Source: Lepidodermella squamata (Eukaryota > Animalia > Gastrotricha). From it: a stretch of DNA of 64,000 nucleotides. The stretch spans positions 186,001-250,000 of the forward strand of contig JBLDXI010000054.1 in NCBI GenBank assembly GCA_047495785.1, written 5' to 3'. The translations under genes were made by a program, and so were the position numbers. The notes beneath the pieces are model-generated. The model worked only from the letters and a program-made list of their open reading frames with translations, searched no databases and was not told the DNA's origin. Positions 49,803 through 59,944 of this stretch are shown in pieces. The stretch's first letter is position 1; every line of letters starts with the position of its first letter.

Positions 49803-50977
49803 ATGGCTAGTCCGATTTTTCCAGCATTTCTCATATTTTGCATGGTGCAAAATGCATTGGCTATACCAGCCAACAACGACAGCATTTGGACGTTCAACCC
49901 AACGTCTACGATTCTGAGCAACTGCAGGATAGGGCCTTCAGTCAATTCGCCGACTGAATTGGAAGGAAAGCCCACGCGCTCATCAACCTAGCACTTCAGC
50001 CGAGGCTTTTAGTCGATATCGCCGATATTTCTGAAACATTTACGATTTATGCTGATCTGTACGTCAGGTTTTATTCAACATGCCTCACCGATTTGTACAG
50101 TAATGTATCGCGCTATGGTAGAGTCGAATGGCCGCCTGCCATCAAATATCTATCGCATGAGGACCCAGGTCTATACTGGTTCCCGGCATTGTTTCACGAA
50201 AATTCAATCGGCAGCCCGGCGATGACTTACGGATTTTACAGAGATGTCGCAGTGAGCCCCTACTTTGGGACGGTGACATTCTGCTTAACTGGAAAGTATT
50301 CCTCATTCTGTAATTTGGACGTGACCTATTTCCCGTTCGACAAGCAAGAGTGTCATATCGAACTTGTTCTTTTGCAAAGCGAAACATTCTCGAAAATCAG
50401 CGAGGCTTTGTTACTTACTTATGGAGCTCCATTCTTAAAGTCTAACTCCGGCTGGGAACATGATATTTCAAAGCGTAACGTCACATTTGGACCTTTGCAA
50501 TCCATGCCGTCGGTCAATTTTTCAAGGGCTACTTTCAGTTTCGAATTCAAGCGAAAACCTCAGTATTTCTTGACGTATCTGTACGCTCCTAGCGTACTCC
50601 TCGGCGTACTAATTCTTTCGTCATTTCTCATCCCGGCCGCGGCTCCAGATCGGCCTGTTTTCGTATGTACAGTCATGCTGGCTATTTTCGTTCTTCAGGG
50701 AAATCTTCAAACTTCTCTGCCGAAAACCCCTAAGCCGATGGTCGCAGGAATTTTCAACTTGTCACAAGCCGTTCTAGCTACACTATGTGCCATTTACGAA
50801 TCTTTAATGTGCGGATTCATCGCTCTGCAGCAAAAAATTGCAAGGAAAAAGTACAAGATTCTTGGTTATACAATTGCTTGCTACTTGGCTGTCGACTTCG
50901 TAGTATTTTCACTCACTTTTCTGGCGTATTTACTGTCTAATGTGCTCGTTGGTATCATTATGCTGCAGCTATTTTGA
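49803..50977 (+). pseudogene. Short-loop pLGIC tandem copy 2 with +2 frameshift
   Basis: cccacgCGctcatc at ~49971-49984 versus ccaactctcatc in the paralog. The rest is colinear and open. Confidence 0.82.
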
Positions 50978-52555
50978 ATGAATATTTGATAAGATATTTG
51001 ATATTTCTATCCTCTAATAAAATTCTAATGAAAACATGCTCTCTTTAAAAATCTGCGAATCTCTAGCATAAATAAAGCCAATGGTCGCCGAAATATTCGG
51101 CACATCACAAGCCGTTCAAATTTTCAACAGCGAATTCGTGCACGTGGTCGATTTTCGTCCAATCACGCTGATTCTGATTTAGAACCGATCATGAACCATG
51201 AACCCGTACCTTCCGGAATCGTCCCTTGCTTCAATCTCGGCTCGTTCCATCGCCTCCCAGCTCACCGAGTCGATCAGAAACACCGCTGCCCCAGTTCTGC
51301 GTCGATTTAAGCTTTAAGAGGGAAGATCTAACGATCCTGGAAGACAGCGAAGTCAACTACCGTCAACATCGACGCCCGCAAGGAATTGCTGGAACATCAC
51401 TCGCCTATGGAGGAGCTCGACACCTTTGCTCTCTCAGCTGCGATCTGCGATTCCCGACGGCAAGGTTCAGCGGTTTGCAGTCGCACTACGACGCGGCGCT
51501 TCAACACTGGGTGCTTTCCTCTAGTGACCAGAACACGGCGTACCTCTTCGACAGTTGGCCGCGTAAGCAGGCGGAAATCTCTGAGCTACTACAACGCCAA
51601 CTGGTCGAAAAGCACTAGAATGACAGTTGAGTGTCTGTGATATGCCTTACTATGTGCTAAAACCAGGCATATGATAATTGCGCGCCAATAAAGTATGGCT
51701 TAGTTCAAATCAGAAGAGCCAACTTGGTTTTACGATCAACTTCAACAGGAAATAACTTTGATTTCTCATGTAATCCTGTTGTATAATCACGCTAGCTCGA
51801 TTTCGCTTTGTCTAATAACTCGTGCCATCACAGCTTGTTGCTCAATAAAAACTGTTGCGCCTTTTGCAGCAAACACGGCTTGTTTCCTTACCTTTCGTGT
51901 TGGATGTAGCGAGTAAATTCACCGCATCCACTCTAACGCGCCGCATAGGGTGTAGCTAGCAAAACTACTGAATCCTTAGGGTGTAGCGATCGAATTGGAT
52001 ACACCCGCACGTGGGTGCAAATAGCAAACTTGTGTAAGTGATAAAACAAGAAAATACCGGAATGGCGTTTTTCCTTTTTTTTATTGGTTTCAAAAGAATG
52101 CTCATGAAATTCAGCATTCAGGAGAAGTGAGGGCTAAAATTTGTAAAAATAGACATTTTTTCTGAAAATTGTTACGTTTACCCTTTCACGGCCGAGCATG
52201 AGAGCATGAGAACAGATTTCTCTATGCGGCCGAATTTTTTATCTCTTGAAGGAAAATATTTGGAAGCATCTCAGAGGGGTTCCGAAGGCCAGTGAATCCA
52301 CAATTTTCTGATTGGTTGGGGAGCATCCCCCCCTTTCGGAGCGTGACGTTATTTATATAAGATCGAAAACTCGTTCTCCACAGGCATAGAACATGGGTAC
52401 TAATAATTAACCATCTGAGTATTGGGAAAGCCGAGCGATATTACTAGTGGTAAAAAAGGTTTTTCATTATGAAGTGTTGAGGAAATTGCAATCAATATAC
52501 AAATATCAAATCTGCAGGCCGAGCCTTATACTGCTAGTACCAACACTCCGCCGTC

Positions 52556-53728
52556 ATGACTAGATCGAATTATGTCGCATTTCTGTTATTCAAAGCGATT
52601 CAAAGTTCCTTGGCTGTAGCAACTAGCAATGACAGCGTGTGGACGTTCAACCCAACTTCAACGATTCTGAGCTACTGTCGGATAGGGCCATCAGTGAATT
52701 CGCCAACTGAGTTGGAAGAGAAGCCAACTCTCGTTGAGCTAGTGCTTCAACCAAAGCTTCTAGTCGATATTGATGACGTTTCCGAAACATTCACCGTCAA
52801 TGCCATGATGCTGGTCAATTACAAATCTAAATGCATAGCAGATTTGTATAGGGAAATATCGAGAGTTGGTTCCGTATCATGGCCGCCGGCAATCCATTCG
52901 CTAACCAAGCAGGATCCAAGCCTATTCTGGTTTCCGGCCTTGTTTCACGAGAATTCAATCGGCAGTCCGGCAATGACTGACGGGTTTTACAGAGATGTCG
53001 GCGTGGCACTAGACTCCGGCGTGGTTACCTTCACCTTGATGGGGAAATTTGCTTCCTACTGTAATTTGGAAATGACCTATTTTCCTTTCGACACTCAAGT
53101 CTGCATCATCGAATTTGCTTTGGAACAAAGCGAAGGTTTCTCGAAGATCAGCAGCGCAGTGTTCAGTCCTTACAATGATCCGTTTTTAAAGGAGAATTCT
53201 GGCTGGGAACATGAGTTTTCGCGCCGTTCCGCCACCTTTGGGATTCTGAGATCATCCCCATGGGTCAATATGTCATGGGCTAATTTCAGCTTCGAATTCA
53301 AGCGGAAAGCGCAGTATTTTTTGACGTATCTGTTCGCGCCGAGTGTACTCCTCGGCGTGTTGATTCTTTCGTCATTTCTCATCCCGGCCGAGGTTCCAGA
53401 TCGGCCTGTTTTCTCTTGCACAGTAATGCTAGCTATTTTTGTCCTGCAACAGAATCTGCAAGATTATTTGCCAAAAACCCCAAAGCCGATGGCCGCAGGC
53501 ATTTTCAGCATATCACAAGCCGTTCTCGCTACGCTGTGTGTCATATACGAATCATTAATGTGCGGCTTAATCGCGATATTTCCCGATATCACAGGAAAAA
53601 AGTACACGATTCTTGGCTATACAATCACTTGCTATCTGGCTGTCGATGTCGTAGTCTTTTCAATAACCTTCCTGGCCTATATTTTGTCCAATGTACTCAT
53701 TGGTATCATTATGCTGCGGCTTTTCTGA
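52556..53728 (+). CDS. Intronless short-loop pLGIC, tandem copy 3 (390 aa)
   Basis: CNLEMTYFPFDTQVC, four TM helices, paralog of 41903. Confidence 0.92.
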   Translation: MTRSNYVAFLLFKAIQSSLAVATSNDSVWTFNPTSTILSYCRIGPSVNSPTELEEKPTLVELVLQPKLLVDIDDVSETFTVNAMMLVNYKSKCIADLYREISRVGSVSWPPAIHSLTKQDPSLFWFPALFHENSIGSPAMTDGFYRDVGVALDSGVVTFTLMGKFASYCNLEMTYFPFDTQVCIIEFALEQSEGFSKISSAVFSPYNDPFLKENSGWEHEFSRRSATFGILRSSPWVNMSWANFSFEFKRKAQYFLTYLFAPSVLLGVLILSSFLIPAEVPDRPVFSCTVMLAIFVLQQNLQDYLPKTPKPMAAGIFSISQAVLATLCVIYESLMCGLIAIFPDITGKKYTILGYTITCYLAVDVVVFSITFLAYILSNVLIGIIMLRLF

Positions 53729-54251
53729 ATAATTTATCGTTAGTGTTCACCATCTGCTTTTTTTGGCCTCAGAACCGGCAGAATTTCATGCTTAAAGGTT
53801 TATGGCGATCTCAGTTATCCATTTTGTACCGTAATTTTTTGAAAATATGAAAAGCAAGTCGGCAGTTTTTAGTCACATTTTTGGTTTTCGGATGAAAAAA
53901 GACATTTGTCAAATAAAAAAAAGTGTTCCCCGATTTTGCCACGTTCAAGCGTTATCGCAAAAAACCTGATCGCGCAAGAGTTTCTCAGCAGTATTATTTC
54001 GCGATATTATGCCATCGCGGTTTTCACTACATCCATACTCCATACCAAGTCCAGTCTGCAGTTTGCCCACTCCATCGCCATCCAACTGAATAACGAAGGC
54101 AAAATCTAACAGTATTAAAATGTCAACGAAGATTGCGATGAATCGTTGAGGAAATTGCATCCGAAGAATTTTTGCGATGAAAAAAAACACAAGCTGAAAA
54201 AACCAATAGTACCCAGGAGTATATTTCAGTTGTATATTTCATTACATTGTC

Positions 54252-55427
54252 ATGGATTGTCTGATTTTGCCAGCATTTCTAATCTCCTGCATATTCCTGC
54301 GAAATGCCTTAGCTATACCAGCCAACAATGACAGTATTTGGACTTTCAATCCAACTTCAACGATTCTAAGCAACTGTAGGATAGGACCGACAGTCAATTC
54401 GCTGACTGAATTGGAAGGGGAGCCAACTCTCATCACATTAAAACTACAACCGAAGCTTTTGGTCGATATCGACGACGTTTCCGAAACGTTCACAGTCTAT
54501 GCGACACTTTTCGTCAACTATTTTTCAGCGTGCATTGCCGATTTGTACCGCAATGTATCGCGTAATGGTAGCGTCGAATGGCCGCGTGCCATATCTTATT
54601 TGTCACATGAGGATCCAACCTTGTACTGGTTTCCGGCTTTGTTCCACGATAATTCCATCGACAGCCCCGCTATGGTAGAAGGGTTTTATAAAATGCTGCG
54701 TGTGAAAATGATCGACGGCGAGTTTGGAATTGGCTTGATTGGAAAATTTGCGTCCTACTGCAATTTGGACATGACGTATTTCCCTTTCGATAATCAGGTG
54801 TGCCACATTGAATTCGTTCTCATGCAAAGCGAAACCTTGTCGAAAATCAGCATAGCAAAGTTCGCTTCTCATGACGCTCCGTTTCTAAAATCTAACTCTG
54901 GTTGGGAGCATGACATTTCGAAGCGCAACGTCACATTTGGGACCTTGCAATTAACCCCGCAAGTAAATTATTCTAGGGCTACTTTCAGCTTCGAATTCAA
55001 GCGGAAACCGCAGTATTTCTTGACTTATCTCTTCGCTCCTAGTGTACTCCTCGGCGTACTAATACTTTCGTCATTTCTCATCCCGGCCAAGGTTCCAGAT
55101 CGGCCTGTTTTCTCTTGCACGATTATGTTGGCAATTTTCGTCCTGCAAAAAAATCTTCAAGCTTCTCTGCCGAAAACGCCAAAGCCGATGGCCGCAGGCA
55201 TTTTCAGCCTATCCCAAGCTGTTCTCGCGACGCTGTGTGTCATTTACCAGTCAATGATGTGCGGATTCATTGCTCTGCTGCCGAAAGTTGCCAGGAAAAA
55301 GTACACGATTCTCGGTTACACAATTACTTGCTATCTGATAGTCGACGTCGTAGTATTTTCACTCACCTTCACAGCTTATTTGTTGTCAAATGTTCTAATT
55401 GGTTTTATTATGCTGCGGCTTTTCTGA
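54252..55427 (+). CDS. Intronless short-loop pLGIC, tandem copy 4 (391 aa)
   Basis: CNLDMTYFPFDNQVC, four TM helices, paralog of 41903. Confidence 0.92.
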   Translation: MDCLILPAFLISCIFLRNALAIPANNDSIWTFNPTSTILSNCRIGPTVNSLTELEGEPTLITLKLQPKLLVDIDDVSETFTVYATLFVNYFSACIADLYRNVSRNGSVEWPRAISYLSHEDPTLYWFPALFHDNSIDSPAMVEGFYKMLRVKMIDGEFGIGLIGKFASYCNLDMTYFPFDNQVCHIEFVLMQSETLSKISIAKFASHDAPFLKSNSGWEHDISKRNVTFGTLQLTPQVNYSRATFSFEFKRKPQYFLTYLFAPSVLLGVLILSSFLIPAKVPDRPVFSCTIMLAIFVLQKNLQASLPKTPKPMAAGIFSLSQAVLATLCVIYQSMMCGFIALLPKVARKKYTILGYTITCYLIVDVVVFSLTFTAYLLSNVLIGFIMLRLF

Positions 55428-56026
55428 ACATGAAATGTTTTATAAATTGGACAGCAGTCATTTCGTTAGCGACGCGCCAAAGCAACCACTTTACTATTTA
55501 TAGATTTTTTTGGAAAGTACGTTCGACCATGAAACGTAAATTCAAATTACGATCAGTAGGATCAGTGCTCAAAAAGCAAAACGTACTTCGCCATTACGTT
55601 GGGCTCCCTAAAGTACGATCGAATGAGTCATCAAAGTGGTTGTTTCGGCGCGTCGCTAACGATATGCATATTAACCGCTGTGTTGAGTTGAGAGATGATT
55701 TATAATTAACGGTCCACCTTAAGAATAATTGGTAAGAAAACATATTTTGTAATGGTACCTAATGCCGCTGCAACAAATAAAATATTCGAAATCTGAGTTA
55801 GTAAATCATCAGTTCCAATAAGTGTTAGATATTATCGAAGGAATCACTGATTTTTTATTTAATTTAATAAATTTAATTTAATAGGAATGACAATAAAACG
55901 TCGGGATATAGTTAAATTATTACCAAATTATTGAATTCAGTACCAAATTATTCCAATCAGTTCAAATCTCAAATTTTAAAACCAGCGTTCAACCCTAACT
56001 CTAAAATAACTCTAATAACTCAAAAA

Positions 56027-56713
56027 GGTATATTTTCCCTTTTTGTACATAATTTCCTATTTACAGATTTCACGCTAAAGGTTGATGTTTTATATGGTTT
56101 AAAAATGTTTTTCTAGTTAATCGCGAGCTGAGACACCTACTGGGCATCATTTGACACATATGGGGTAGATCTATATACACAAAATTGGCGATATTCGTAT
56201 CGTACACAAATATCGTCGCACAAATGCGTATTAGGGATTTCATCCATGAGAACCTAGAATTTAGCTCCTAAAAAGTTTCATTTATTCTTGTCAATCACTT
56301 TCGCAAAACAAGTTTTTTGGCTATAAAATCTAGCTTCTCATGAGGGTGTAAATCTAGCGAAGGGTTATGGTTAGGGTTAGGGTTAGGGTTAGGGTTAGGG
56401 TTAGTTTAGGGTTTGGATCAGGGTTAGGATCAGGGTTAGGGTTAGCTTTGGGGCTTGGCCTCGATATGCAAGTGATAATTACGCAAAAACCCAGGGTAAT
56501 TATCTGATGGACAACATCCCTCGTACGCATCTGTGTACGATACGAATATCGCCAATTTTGTGTATATAGATCTACCCCATATGTGTCAAATGATGCCCAG
56601 TAGGTGTCTCAGCTCGCGATTAACTAGAAAAACATTTTTAAACCATATAAAACATCAACCTTTAGCGTGAAATCTGTAAATAGGAAATTATGTACAAAAA
56701 GGGAAAATATACC
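56027..56713. mobile_element. Fold-back/MITE-like element with ~182-bp arms around a TTAGGG core
   Basis: 56027-56208 is the reverse complement of 56532-56713. Confidence 0.85.
56362..56445 (+). repeat. Interstitial (TTAGGG)n with variants
   Basis: About five perfect units plus degenerate units. Confidence 0.9.
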
Positions 56714-56798
56714 ACATATTTATGTACAAATAGGGAATATATACCACATAATTATGTACAAATAGGGAAAATATACCACATAATTATGTACAAATAGG
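56688..56798. repeat. 32-bp tandem repeat, ~3.5 copies, overlapping the right arm end
   Basis: Unit ttatgtacaaatagggaaaatataccacataa. Confidence 0.85.
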
Positions 56799-59700
56799 CA
56801 CTCCGTTTTAATAAATTAGATTTTCGTTGATTAGCCTTTGCAAATTTGAAAAATCAGCAAAGTGAGGTTGGATGAACTTTGAATTTATCATCAAATTAAA
56901 CAGCGCGCACATATCAATTATAACAAGGTGGGTGCAATAATGTGTCGTACAAGAAAACGCTGCGAAATTTTAGCGAAAGGCGGCTAATTGGCGAGTCACG
57001 CAAAAGACGCGCTAAAACGCGCGCGCGGCTGTCACCTCGCAAAATTCAAGAATCCTCACCACTCGCGCGCGCGCGCTCACTTCTTCATACCTGTGCGCGC
57101 GATATATTATAGCAAGCGAGCAGTAGTGCTGATGATAGTAATGGAAAAGGACTGCGAGCTGTGCCACCAAAATGTCACCTCAGCGTGCGGTTAATATAAA
57201 GCGCGTGCTCGATTAAAATTTAACGCGCTGGCGTTATAAGAGTATCTACTGCGACTACGACTACTACAGGTACTACTACAGCATTCATACAACAATAAAC
57301 AATATGCACCAAAATTAAACCGGCTGACACCTGTGCTTCAAACTTCAAAGAGCAATAAAGGCCATTGACAGTATTGCTATATATCGCGCTACGCCTCGCG
57401 TGGCACGCGCCGATGCGCATCGTCTCCGCATGCGCATATAATAGTCTCCGTTTCTTGTTACATGCTACGCTGAAACAATAATACCCGCGTTGTGCTGTGT
57501 TGACATCAAACACTATGAAGGCCCCTTTTATTTTACAGCTGCATCATAGTAGGTAAAAGTAACAATAATTACTTGTTCATTGTTGTTGTATTGTTTTTAG
57601 CAGTATTTAGAGGCTAAACAACTGTGGCGTAATAATCGCGAGTCGCCATCGCATTTATATATATTTGTTGCTTCTTCATGAAGAATAACAACCTGTGCAG
57701 GCAGTGGTTCCGCGGTATATTCCTTTGTTCAAACTGCTTAGCCATTTTAGACCTTATTATGAAACATTCAAATTTAATTCTAGAAACTCGGCTTTTGAGC
57801 TAACTATTTTTGAAAATAATTTCAAGAATTTTTATATTTTCTAGGATTTTTGGTCCTGGATTAGCAATAATTAATATTTAGCCCAATTTCCCAGTGATTT
57901 TCCGAATATTTCCGGTCAGTTAAAAAATTTCGGAAAAATTAGAAAATGTTTATTATGAAAAATTCCATGTTTTTCCCAGGCTGATTTCGAGCCTTATTCA
58001 CCTTGATACGTTCATCTAGGCAGTTAATTTAAATTTCAAAAAATTACAAAAAATTGCAGTAATTTGTTTCATTCAATTTTCATCTTTATTAATTTCTTTG
58101 CTATAAAGTATAATTATTTAAATTTACTTCACGAAATGTTCCCCTGAAAAATCCCGATATTTTTCCAAAGACTTTCACCGTTCTGTGATTACATGGAATA
58201 ATTTTTCAAGTCGAACTTTTCCGCCTAATTTTTTAGCAATTTTTCCCGATCTTCAAAAACTGAGTAAAATTTAGGAAAAAAGTATTTTCTTTATTATAAA
58301 AGTAACATTGATTAATTGGATGTTCCCACCAATTTTGAGTCTCGTTTCCTTTCTAACCTTTACTTCTTTTTTTGCCTTCATTCTTCTAGGTTTTTCATCT
58401 AAAATGTTCAAAATGTTTTGAAAAATTCACCGTAACTCGATTAACCGGAATTTCGTCCTTATTATTAATGCATTTAATTTTCTTCGCGAAGATTTATATG
58501 AAAAATCCCAATATCTTTCCTAAGAATTTCACCGCTCCATGTATTTTTTATGTGATTACATAAAATAATTTCTCAAGTCAAACTTGTCCCCCGAAGTTCT
58601 TTATATGCGAGCTAGCATTGCATTTTCAGGTGCAGTGTATAGATGACGGCGCCATGCGGTCGCCTGCGTGACGCGTGTGGTGTGAAAAAATGGCTGAGCT
58701 CAAACGTGGATTATACACTCTCACCGTCCAAATTACAAAGGATCTTTTTCCACATATATTTTTTTCATTTCCCCCTCGTAATAATAATAATGAAAAATGC
58801 GTGTAATAAAACACTCGTTATGATATTAATCATACATTTTTTTCACTATACCCATACAGCATAAGAGCTCGAGTTGAAAAATCCTTATAGCAAAACGTGT
58901 AATATTAATGCGTAAGGTCACACGATTTTTTAGTCAATAATTCCGCTCGGCTTTTATACGTATGCACATATCACTTGTGTGCATAATGCCTCACATTTTT
59001 TTGCGCGCCAGTCAATAATTTTTTTTACGCTCCCGACACCTGGGAAATATAGTAGACAGTTCAATTTCCAGAAATTATATTCTGATTTTTTCTCAGATAA
59101 ATGTATATGAGCTGTATGGCTGGTTTTTTTCATTTCCCTTTTTTACCATATTTTTTTTCTAAATTTTCGTTGAATTATGAGAAAATTATGACACCCATTT
59201 TTTGTAGAAAAAAAGCAGGTGAAGAGATTTATTTGCGCATTATTATGCATGCGACGCGCATACGCGTAGTGATTAATACCTAATAATAATAAAAATATTA
59301 CGCGCTATTCAAAAATGCAGGCACCGAGCCCATTTTGCAGCGTTGCACGACGACCAATCGACCAATAATATTCATCATCACTACTCGCACTAGCCTGCTA
59401 TATGCCATATAGTATTTATTTGGCAACAGAAAAACTGCGTAAAAAATGCCCAGGTGTAGTATAGTAAGTATATTTCATCGCTAGAAATCGCGGCAGACGA
59501 TCTATTGACGGTATCTTGTTAGATGAATGCTGAAAGCTGAATAACCCTTCTAATTTTCTTAATATAGGATTTTTACAAAAATAATAAATTATTTTCATCA
59601 CGTGAAAGGTTGTTTATACGTTGTAGTCTTACTCCGGCTTGGTTGCGCGTGACAAAAAGTTGTCAAAATTTGCTATCTGTGTGGGCCTTGTTTACTTACC

Positions 59701-59944
59701 TTGAAAGATTTGCGTTAATAATTACGCATTTTTCTTCAATTATACTTACACGAGGATAAATTGCCCCATCAGCTTGCCCCAGTTTTGTCCAATTTTATAA
59801 TTTTTTTTAAATATTTAGAAAAATTCAAAATATCCCATTAATTCCATTAATCATTATTCATAAAATAAATATTTTCTATAGATTTATTACAAAAGTTTTG
59901 TGTCGAGAAGAAAGCGCGAGAGCAAATTTTAATTTGTTGTAAAA

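Noticed and set aside
51191-51640. GC-richer coding-like stretch with overlapping ORFs
   Set aside because: Nearby ATGs are out of frame with the longest ORF and no family is recognisable; possibly a decayed gene or TE fragment.
56362-56445. True chromosome end
   Set aside because: Short, degenerate, enclosed by inverted arms, with genes on both sides.
56688-56798. CRISPR-like array
   Set aside because: Contiguous repeats without unique spacers, eukaryotic context, no cas genes.
58145-58585. Two diverged ~75-bp direct repeats in AT-rich DNA
   Set aside because: Old local duplication with no further structure.
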